Shown here: positions 1 to 10,200 of the stretch, piece by piece
How positions within the stretch are numbered: the first letter of the stretch is position 1
Layout: each line of letters begins with the position of its first letter
From: Bilabrum cf. latius
Lineage: Eukaryota
DNA length: 64,000 bases
Direction of reading: 5' to 3'
NCBI GenBank assembly: GCA_965178125.1
Contig: OZ237756.1
Location: 1-64,000 of the forward strand
Translations under genes and position numbers: made by a program
The notes under the pieces: generated by a model
Databases searched by the model: none
What the model was told of the DNA's origin: nothing
Seen by the model: the letters and a program-made list of their open reading frames with translations, nothing else

Positions 1-2544
1 AGTCTGATGCTGGCCTCCGTAGTGCTACCAGCTGAACTGCAGTACGGACAGTTACGGAGTGAACATCGCGCCGACACTATCGAGCATTTGTCAGTGGCTC
101 CATTCTCGCAATGCTTCGTGGAGGTCGTGAAGAAGACATCCATCATGAATCACTTGGAAATGCTCAGGTATACACTCCGTCGGGCACTTTGCAGAATCGA
201 AAGACTGCTCGTAGCAGCTGTCTGTGGTGCAGACAGGATTCCCACGTATCAGCGATCGGCGATGTGGGCGCTAGCTGCATCGATGAGCAGATGCTGTATG
301 GAAGGCTGCGTGGCTCTACGGACAGATGCATGGTCTCAGGTTGTTGCAGAGCAAATTGCCGTAACGTGGCTTCCCGCTACTAGGCCAGTTCTTCGAAACT
401 TAGGGCCTTCGACACTGGAGTGGTCCAGCGTCCGTGACTGTTTGCAATCTGCTAGCAGTATGCCTGAGCAGTCTAATGTAATGGCGGTTGCATCCGCCAT
501 CATTGATCAAATCGGAAATGCGGTGTAGTCAGTCAGGGCTGGGGGGTGCAACGGTACGTTCTTGAACTCGTGGACTGTGCTTGCCGTCTGTGAGGTCATG
601 GTAACGTCTTGGAGCCTGTGTGCGTTGGCAGAAGGCTTGGGCATGACATGGCAGATCTCTCGGATCTCCGAGAGGTATGGTCTTTCTGGACTCGTATCAA
701 CGCAAGGTGACGAGCACTTCCAGTTGGGCATCAGCGGTGTGAACAACGGAATCACCGGCTTTCGTGCTATGGTACGGGCTGACGTGCAGGCTGACATTTT
801 GTCTCGACTGCCTGAGCGGTCCAGGCTATTGTTGCACTTTGCCAAGTCTACAGACATGTCCCACGCTGTAGTCATGGAGCAGCAGCTACGGAAGCTTTAC
901 CTTGCGCAAATGCACCTGGCAAAGCTCCACCTTCGCAGTGGCACACGGAAAGGAATGCTAGCAAGGGGCAGCCTAGCTGTAGCACTGTACGGGCTGCTCC
1001 TATCTCGGCTCAGGTGCTCAAGGAGTGCAATACTAGTTGGCTTGCAGATGTGCATATCCAAGATTGCCTTCAGTCCCAGGCCAGATGCAGGCGCAATGTG
1101 GCGCGGCTCTAAGAACGCTGGGAATCTCAGGGGTGACTTGGCGACCACGACATCTGCTAGGGCCTCCAAGCTAGGCTATGCGTTGATAACATCGTTATCC
1201 TGGACCATGCAACGCAAGCTTGCTGCCGAGTCATCTGTCCGGACCTCGTACGTCGCTTCAATTCTTCGTGCTGTCGTAGGCACCAGGCAGAACGGACAGC
1301 CATCCCTCGCAGACGAGCAGTTTCGTCGTATGGTATCAGTGTGGCTTTTACCTGCGTGTGTGATTGGGTCTGCAGTATTGCTGCCCGATCGGTTGCAGCG
1401 GCCCCCTCTGCCTGGAACGAAGCGACCAAGGGGAGGCCAGCCGTCGATTGCACGATCTGGACTTTAGACAGTGCTCGACGTCTCGCCACCACCAAGAACC
1501 GCCCAGCCTGCCGTTACCATTGCCCAGCACGTGGAGTCTGTCGTGCTAGATCATTTCAAGTGGATGAACCCAGGCTTTGATTGTCCTCAAGTCTTCAGAG
1601 GGGCGCTGAACAGGTAGGATGGGTCACTGCGTCGTGTCATCGATGTAGGCTACTACGGCGCTGGTCTCTGCATTAACCTGCCCTGTAGTCCATCAGTAGT
1701 GCCTGCACTATCAGAAGCCCCGTACTACAAGGCAGCAGGCAAGGGGCTGGTACGCAGGTCACTAGCTCAAAGCTTGAAAGCTGTGGGAGATGTCCGATCC
1801 ATGGTGGCCCGAGCACGTGCAGAAGCAGGAGAAGCAGGCGTGAGTGCCGACCAGAGGCACGAGCTTTGGCGTGCGTATCACATACCTCAATCGCAACACT
1901 GCAGCTAGGTTCTTCGGATGTACACACGTGCTCGTCCTCTTGACGATGGCGACAGCATCCTGTCACAGGCATCCACCACTACTTCTGCTCTTGAGCATAG
2001 CCTAGATTCGTTGGGACATATTTGGCCCGGCCATGAGAGCGATGAGGAAGAAGGGCAATAGAAGCGATCAAGGCACATGCGGCAATCCGGCGAGCATGCG
2101 AGCTCGAGTCCCGCAGAACGAACGGAGGCCAACGCATTCAACCGAACTGCGATCGGCAGCAGGGCATCGGAACCATTGAGGCCTGCCTCGGAATCAGCAT
2201 CCAGTGGGGCTGGCAGCGATGATGATCCAATCGGTCGATTGCTGCAGATGCCTACCGACAAGGCTGGTAGTGACGGCCTTGCCGAGTTGCAGCCGCCGCT
2301 GGGAGCAGCCTCCAGCGCCATCACGCAGCCGCCGACTTCAGCACTGTCACGACCTAGAGGAATTCGTGGTGACCAGAACATGGCGCCATCAGTGCCCGGC
2401 GCTGGATTGCGTGGTATGGGCCAGCGAGATATTTCACGGGCACGTGGCGAAATCGAGATCCTTCTTCTTGGCACCGCTCCACGGTGGGTACACATCCCAG
2501 CAATTGAGCAAGAAGGCTGGGGGTTTGACGAGAAATGGACATGA
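1..2544 (+). CDS. Hypothetical protein, 5'-partial (>847 aa with TAG=Gln)
   Basis: ORF-track pieces 7..528, 562..1467, 1699..1908 and 2077..2544 share one frame. They are separated only by TAGs (5 in total) and end at TGA 2542-2544. No family recognised. Confidence 0.7.
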
Positions 2545-4026
2545 GGCCAGTGAGGTGTCATGTTCTGTGATTTTCTATGCAGAACAGATAACTTGCAGAA
2601 CCTCGAGCTGCATGTGCAGCAGTGAAGAGCTGCATTGCAGCACTGCAGACAGACAAGCCTCTCTCGCCATGAGTTATATCCACTGTAATATAAAGAGGTG
2701 CACTGTTTCAAGACGACATGTGCGTGTGTTGTATTTGGGCTAATGTAGTGCATGCAGGACGTCAGCCCTTCTCATGGAAGTAAATGAACCATGCATCCGA
2801 TTCTGAAGGGTTAGGGCTAACCCTATCATGTGTATTACAAAACAGATTCCTAGCCCACAAACATCCAAGCATCGGTACCGTGAACCGGTGCACACCCTGC
2901 TACAGGCTTGCCCTGCTGGACGTCCTCGGCGCCGCGCATGCTGGTTCCGCTGTTCACGACCGTTTGCGGATTCTGGCGCAACCACACCTCTCAGCGCCAC
3001 ATACCGGCTCAACTGTACTGAGGCCTGTTGGGATTCATGTTAATTACCACTTACTGCCATATGTCGTTGTATGTTCAAGGTGACATGCTGCTGTGGGTCT
3101 GCTTTTGGTCTCGCCTCATTGGGGCGCGCCATGGCGTTTGCAGACAGAACAGCTAGGTACCGCATAGCCCGAGTACAACAACCGCCAGGTATTTTGATTC
3201 TATTGTATTCATTCAAATTGATTGTTGGTGTTTCTGTTAGGTTCTGGCATCTGTATGGGATCATCGCTGGTCTGCTAACGTGCTTGTGCGTTGTCCGGTT
3301 TTCATGGCAGCACTCGGGTATGTTGCCATGCATCGAGGGGCTATTAATTAGTTTCAATCGATATATTCTTTTTCTATGCATTGCAGGCAGCCTTTAGGAC
3401 CCACCTGTGCTGATGAGACCCTCTCGCCGCTTCTGGCAAACATTGCATGGAACTGAGCAGATCTGTGCGGTGGGCGAGCAGAGAGTCAGACCGGCCAACC
3501 GTATAGGGATCCGTACGGATGGCGGTTGATTCTTTGGTCTCCTCAGGGCAGTCCCAACGATGCGTCCCGTCCCCAGCTCCTGGACTCGGCCTTCGGCGGC
3601 ACGCCCGTCATCCTCTCACGCGGCTGCCCGCGCACCCTCCCAGCACTCAGTCCTTGAGTCGGGCGGGAGCGCGGGTGCGTGCTTCGAGGCAGCGCGTGCC
3701 CCCGGGGCGAGAAGGAGCAGGCCAATGACGAGGAGCAGCATCCCGGGACAGGTGTCTCTGTAGATCCGATCGTCGAGTGTGGAGGTGTGTGTGGCAACAC
3801 GATGAACCTGATGTCCCAGATCCGCAATGAGGTGGGGCAGGCAGTGCATGGGAAGCGCAAGCTCCTCGTGCACGCGCTTCATGCCGGCTCGCTGCCATCG
3901 GCCGCTGACTTGATCCCCGGGCTCGCGCACTTGTCGCGGCCCGTGCTGTCTCAGTCACGGACGGGCGAGCTGGATGGAGCACCTGCCCGACGGGGAGACA
4001 ACCCCCTATTCTCGCGGGCGAAACAC

Positions 4027-4390
4027 AGCAGGGCACACCTCCTTGGCAAACCCAATTTGCACGACGCGGTTTGGTCCAGACTCGCCGGGTGGGCGTCCAT
4101 CCCGTGCAGCCCCCTGGGTGCTCGTCACCCACGGGCAGCACCACCGAGGAGACCGAGGCCGAGATTCATTGTAAACCAAGCAGACAAGCATAATCATACA
4201 CCAAATATGCATTGCTAATCACTTGCACCTCTTGTCGACTGCTTGCATATCTGCAACTGGCCCAGATCTGCCTCAGTGCGATCTTGCGACCACTTGGACA
4301 CTGCGCGGCAACACCGTCTTTGCGGAACATGATACTTTTTGCGGAACATGATACTTTCGCGGCGCCCGGGCCTGGCCTAGGATGGTACTG
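4027..4390 (+). mobile_element. Telomere-associated repeated unit, copy 1 (3' part of a possibly longer element extending left towards ~2.8 kb)
   Basis: 364 bp matching 4686-5049 at a constant offset of 659, with 5 substitutions and no indels. Ends ...GGATGGTACTG directly against (TAACCC)n, with no poly(A). Confidence 0.6.
4321..4357. repeat. Short tandem duplication TGCGGAACATGATACTTT x2 near the unit 3' end (also at ~4980-5016)
   Basis: Seen directly in both unit copies. Confidence 0.85.
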
Positions 4391-4685
4391 TAACCCTAAC
4401 CCTAACCCTAACCCTAACCCTAACCCTAACCCTAACCCTAACCCTAACCCTAACCCTAACCCTAACCCTAACCCTAACCCTAACCCTAACCCTAACCCTA
4501 ACCCTAACCCTAACCCTAACCCTAACCCTAACCCTAACCCTAACCCTAACCCTAACCCTAACCCTAACCCTAACCCTAACCCTAACCCTAACCCTAACCC
4601 TAACCCTAACCCTAACCCTAACCCTAACCCTAACCCTAACCCTAACCCTAACCCTAACCTAAACTAACCCTAACCCTACCCTAAA
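4391..4685 (+). repeat. Interstitial telomeric array (TAACCC)44 plus ~5 degenerate units
   Basis: Perfect TAACCC repeats at 4391-4654, then TAACCT AAAC TAACCC TAACCC TACCC TAAA. Confidence 0.98.
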
Positions 4686-5049
4686 AGCAGGGCACACCTC
4701 CTTGGCAAACCCAATTTGCACGACGCGGTTTGGTCCAGACTCGCCGGGTGGGCGTCCATCCCGTGCAGCCCCCTGGGTGCTCGTCACCCACGGGCCGCAC
4801 CACCGAGGAGACCGAGGCCGAGATTCATTGCAAACCAAGCAGACAATCATAATCATACACCAAATATGCATTGCTAATCACTTGCACCTCTTGTCGACTG
4901 CTTGCATCTCTGCAACTGGCCCAGATCTGCCTCAGTGCGATCTTGCGACCACTTGGACACTGCGCGGCAACACCGTCTATGCGGAACATGATACTTTTTG
5001 CGGAACATGATACTTTCGCGGCGCCCGGGCCTGGCCTAGGATGGTACTG
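4686..5049 (+). mobile_element. Telomere-associated repeated unit, copy 2 (5'-truncated, flanked on both sides by telomeric repeats)
   Basis: About 98.6% identical to 4027-4390, with the same 3' junction to the telomeric array. Confidence 0.6.
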
Positions 5050-5577
5050 TAACCCTAACCCTAACCCTAACCCTAACCCTAACCCTAACCCTAACCCTAA
5101 CCCTAACCCTAACCCTAACCCTAACCCTAACCCTAACCCTAACCCTAACCCTAACCCTAACCCTAACCCTAACCCTAACCCTAACCCTAACCCTAACCCT
5201 AACCCTAACCCTAACCCTAACCCTAACCCTAACCCTAACCCTAACCCTAACCCTAACCCTAACCCTAACCCTAACCCTAACCCTAACCCTAACCCTAACC
5301 CTAACCCTAACCCTAACCCTAACCCTAACCCTAACCCTAACCCTAACCCTAACCCTAACCCTAACCCTAACCCTAACCCTAACCCTAACCCTAACCCTAA
5401 CCCTAACCCTAACCCTAACCCTAACCCTAACCCTAACCCTAACCCTAACCCTAACCCTAACCCTAACCCTAACCCTAACCCTAACCCTAACCCTAACCCT
5501 AACCCTAACCCTAACCCTAACCCTAACCCTAACCCTAACCCTAACCCTAACCCTAACCCTAACCCTAACCCTAACCC
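5050..5577 (+). repeat. Interstitial telomeric array (TAACCC)88
   Basis: 528 bp of perfect repeat, reverse complement of TTAGGG. Confidence 0.98.
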
Positions 5578-5582
5578 CTTAA

Positions 5583-5799
5583 CCGCTTGGAGGGTGCGAT
5601 GGATAGCCGTGCTGGCTAGGGCTATGCAGTGGTTGGGAGCCGCTTGGAGGGTGCGATGGATGGCCATGCTGGCTAGGGCTATGCAGTGGTTGGGAGCCGC
5701 TTGGAGGGTGCGATGGATGGCCATGCTGGCTAGGGCTATGCAGTGGTTGGGAGCCGCTTGGAGGGTGCGATGGATGGCCATGCTGGCTAAGGCTATGCA
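5583..5799. repeat. 57-bp minisatellite, ~3.8 copies (subtelomere-like)
   Basis: Unit CCGCTTGGAGGGTGCGATGGAT...GGTTGGGAG starts at 5583, 5640, 5697 and 5754. Confidence 0.95.
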
Positions 5800-5894
5800 T
5801 TATTTTGCAGTGCAAAAGCTCTGAGTATTGAATAACGCATACTTTCACAGGGCACTCAGCAGCCACGGGGCGCGAATGCTACCGTGGTCCAAGT

Positions 5895-6819
5895 TCATGA
5901 TCCGCTACCGCCAGCACCCCCAGCGGCAGCTCCAGCACCTCCTGCAGCAGCTGGAGCTGCCCGCTTGGCTGCCTTGGCTTCTTCCTTGGCGACCATTTCA
6001 TCGATGAAGTCCTGCAGGGGCGCTGCCTCCTTCTCGGGCAGCAGCTCGAACTCTTGCATGAAGAAGAGCAGGTGCTTCAAGCAGGAGTTGGTCAATGGGA
6101 CTGCATCTACCTCCTCAATCTTATCCCAGTGATGATGGAATACGTGGCAATACACGCGGAAAATCCGCCTTAGGATCTTGGCAGCGGTGGACTTGAAGTC
6201 CTTCGGGAACGCCTTCTTGGAGTCCGTCACGAAAAAGTCCTCGTTCGAGATCAAAGAACCCGCCCAAGACAACAAGCGGTCAATGTATTCTCGAGCAGGT
6301 ACACGCCTAGGTTTGGGGTTCGCGTCATCTGCCCAGAAGTACTCAAAACGAGGTCCAGCCTGCGAGTGGTAACTCAATTGGCTTTGGGCAGGAGTAAGAG
6401 CAAGATTTTAGCGATAAGAAATGAACAATGTAACCCAAAATGAGCTTACAGTCATAGCTGGGAACTGCGAAACAGATGTTGGGACGAGAAGCAAGGCAAA
6501 CGAAATAGAGTGTAGTTGCCAGCGATGCATTACGAAGGCATCGTTGAAGCTCAACGGAGCTTACCTTCTCGGGTGTGACGTCATCTTCAATGATCGTGTA
6601 AATCAAGGTAACTTCGTTGAAGAAATCCGCAACATGAACCGCAAGCCACTCCTCGTAGCGCTCGCCGGGAGGCAGCTTGACTGCTTGCCTCATGTCTCCC
6701 GAGCCTAGGGTTTTCTAGACCAGGCTATGCAGGTCATATCTTTTGGTGCCCTTTTTATGGGACTTCAGAGGCTTCGACGGCTTCGATTTGCCTGCTTTAC
6801 GGCTGCGAAAAGAAATCAT
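5895..6819 (-). CDS. MOB1: MOB1/phocein-family kinase activator (3 exons: 6819-6565, 6464-6450, 6359-5895)
   Basis: Motifs TLGSGDMRQAVKLPPGE..EWLAVH..DFFN, PAMT/AGPRFEYFWAD and KILRRIFRVYCHVFHHH. GT-AG introns; one in-frame TAG (6715); TGA stop. Confidence 0.9.
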
Positions 6820-7243
6820 TGAGCAGCCAAGAAGCACCGCACCATTGAACGATACTTGTTGTAGAGCCAGTTATTGAGCCTTGGATAGATCTCACAGCGC
6901 TTCTGTTCTTTCTGATTCCATGATATTCAACGAATTTAGTTTTGTACCACTGTGTGGATTCTTATGGCCGTTGCAGCTAGTCCATCGGTTTTCCAGTCGC
7001 TCCCGAGTGCACTGCAGCCGCTGCCAGTGGCGACCACAGGCATGCAGGCTGGGCACGCAACAACCACGCGACCAGGTCGCAGCGCTGACGGTTTGAACGG
7101 TATAAAGCAACGCGATATGGTGAAAGTCACACGCAATGCTCAATTGACCAGTTCTCGAATTGAACCGGTCAAATAACAAGTACAGCCTGGCAGTCGACAA
7201 GGGCACCACGAACACACAGTCCCGGCCCGACACCCCGCCCTCC

Positions 7244-10200
7244 TTACAGATCTGCACCGCTGCCAGCAAGGGGTGTGTCATCAGTATTTGTTCCCAATGA
7301 CCCAGATGCTGCATTCAGATCAGCCCCCTAGGATACCCTGGCAGTGCCAGGGATCCTGATCCGCTCTACACCTTGTCCCTGTCCCTGACCCTGACCCTAG
7401 CCCTGCCCCCCAGCCCCTGACTACGCCTGATCCTGCTCCAGCAAGGCGGCCCCGTCGTGCGTACTCTCTTCCACTAATTGACTAACTTCGCTAAGGATGG
7501 GTCTCCGGGCCACCGCTGGGGGCGAAGAGGAACCCACCATGGACCCATCAGGCGGAGATGCAGAAGCTGTACTCGCCGACAGAGTCCCACCCTAAGTTCC
7601 GTGCCCAGCTGCCTGCACGCGCAACAGCCGGGCAGAATTGACTCGCGGGATGTGGCGCGGCCCTTGCACGCCCCCCCTCGGTGCCCTTCCACCCACACCG
7701 ACACCGCTCGCCGCCAGCTCAGCCACCCGGCCCACGGAGCTACCGGGCAGTTGTCCGCTAGGAGATCGGCCTGTGCTTCCGTCTACAGCGAGCGCGTTGG
7801 GGGACTACGGGACCGGGCTACTGCTCCTCCCAGCCTCGGCCTCGCTGCCCACAGACGCAGACCTGGCTGGGTCCCTGGCTTCCCCGATCATGCTGACTGT
7901 AGCCCGCCGCATCTCCCTGGTCCGCAGCAACCGGTCCATGGCATGCTTGGGCACACGCACCAGGACGGACCCACGGGAGAACCGAAGCGGCTCGTCCGAC
8001 GGGTGGATCGTGTGGAAAGCAGGCACCCGCAGGCGCCTGCCACCGGCCCGTAGCAGCGCCCCACGCATGAGGATGCACGTGTCCTCCTCCAATAGCACCC
8101 ATCCACGGTGCCCATAGCCTATGCTTCGGCCCATGGAGTCCCCAGCGCCCACAGCCGCAGCCTCCGAACCCCCAACGGAGGCCTTTGAATCCTCGAAGGA
8201 AACCTGCAGCGGGTTTGACACGGATTCTCCGACCGCTTGGCCTGGCCTGTGCCCCGCTGCTCCCTCGCGCCCCCTCGACTGCATCGCTTCTATCTCAGGC
8301 TCGGACAGACCCAGGAACTGCCTAGAGGACCCGGACAGCAGCTCGTTTGCAGAGGGTACGGGCCCATGCATGGCCTCGTCGACATCCTTGCGCTGCAGCA
8401 CAGGCACCTGCACGGTGCTCGGGGGCAGCAGCGTGGAAGCCACCAGCGGGTCGCAGCCCAGCCCGCCCCAGGATCCGTTGTGCTCTTGCTCGCCCGATGC
8501 CGCGCCAGTACCCTCATTGCTGTGGCTGTCTCCCCACGGAACGATTACCGTGGCGAGCCCGAGCGCCTGCTCGATGTCGAGCCGCCTGCTCGTGGCGAAC
8601 GAGTCCAGGAATGCGTGAGCCACATGGGCTGCTGCAGATCTCCACGCAGCTAGCGTGAACACGGTAGACTCGCGCATGAGCGTGCGCACGCCGTTAATGC
8701 TCAGCCTAGCCGCACTCCCGCCCGTGGCGGAGATGGCAGACGTGGTGTGAGCGGTGCCCAGCAGCACCTCGGCCGCTCCCACGATGGAACCGGGACCCAC
8801 GCGACGAGCCGGCACTCTCTCGGCTCCAAGCTGCACCCTGAAGCTGTTCTTTTTGGTGATGCGCCGCCCTCGCCCGGACTGGCCCTGCGCGGCGGCGGCC
8901 ATCGCCTACAGCGCTAAGGGCGATGCCCGGCCCCCACCCTCACTGGACGATGCCGCCTTGATGTCCCTCGTGTCGAAACCCTTGGGGGCCGAGCCTGCCG
9001 TGCCCGCCGCGAATACCGCCACTGACCCCTCCAGCACGATGATGATCCCATCCGGATCATCCCCTTGCTTGAACAGGAACTGCTCGTTAGATAGCACAGC
9101 ATACTGCGACTGCCGGATCACGCCCGACAGAGACTCGGGGGGCAGGGCCCTCCCAGCCAGCGCTGACGTGCGCAAAATGTCGGCGAGCGATTTCTGAGGC
9201 ACAGCGGAGGGGTTCCCTGACGCCTTCTTGCAGCTGCTATTGTTGTGCTTGAGGATGAGCTCCAGCTGCTTCTCATCGATGCCGCCCTCGTGGTGCAGTT
9301 TCATGGCCAGGTGGCGCTCCTTGAACAGCAGCGCCAGGGCGGCCTGCTGCGTCTGAATTGACCGCACAACAGCAGGATACCCAGACCGCAGCCGCTCTGC
9401 CCAGTCTTCTGCGCTCTGCTACTACGTCTCGGATTCGGCCGCTATGCGATTCCCAGTGGACTCATCGATCGACCAGCTCTTCCGGGCTCGCCGCACCGCC
9501 GCCTGGCCGTGAGAGAACCCCACCGCTACATCGTATGCTGTCGCGACATACCCGCTGATGAAACCGTCCGTCACGCAGTGCAGCCACTCGAACCTCCGCA
9601 GCAGCAACAGCCACGAGGGCAGCTCCACGAGGCTCTCAAGCGCGTCCCACTAGTGCATTGCCTCAGTGTCCGCGTGGTCCAGCTCCTCCGACTCTGCCAG
9701 CAGCAGCAGCCGCAGAGCGTCCCTGCCCAGCAAGCCGGCCTCGTGTCGGTGCCAGTATGCCGCCTTGGAAGCCGCGATGAACCGACGCCTCGTCTCGGCC
9801 GCCACCACCTCGGACCCCTGCGCCACGGGTGCACTCGAGGCGATGCTAGCCGCTTCGCGTGCGTCCACGCGCACAACCTCGCTGGACGAGGACTGCAGAG
9901 CAGCGTCCACCGCGCTGTCGAGGGCACGTGATTCACCCTCTACTAGCGTGGCTCGCCGGGCCGACAGCGCGCCGGCAGCATCGTCGTCCGCCTCCACTTC
10001 TTCCTTCTCGCCGTACAGGCACTGCCACCACCAGCTCTCCCGCCGCTGCTTGTCGGCGACTTGCTTGGCAGTCGCCGGGTCATACCGAGCTAGGTACCGG
10101 CCCCAGCGAGCTGACACCCGCTGGGGTGCCTGCGAGGCATCCGTGCCTGGTACCCGCCCCTTGCTGATCCTGTCAAAGTACGAGCTGCGCGAGTACACGG

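Noticed and set aside
1-2544. Left-hand ORF as the reverse transcriptase of the telomeric element
   Set aside because: No RT (YxDD-type), GIY-YIG or APE endonuclease motif recognised in the visible part. Its 5' portion lies outside the window.
3409-3445. Hammerhead ribozyme (CTGATGAG) as expected in Penelope-like elements
   Set aside because: I could not find the matching stem II + GAAA core (the sequence has GCAAA) or flanking stems.
5583-5799. CRISPR array
   Set aside because: Contiguous tandem units with no unique spacers, in a eukaryotic context with no cas genes.
4212-5824. ORFs with (NP)n or (LG)n runs
   Set aside because: They are translations of the telomeric hexamer, which has stop-free frames.
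7376-7405. CCCTGA/CCCTAG hexamers as degenerate telomere repeats
   Set aside because: They are the antisense of a coding Gly-Gln repeat in the antiporter C-terminus.
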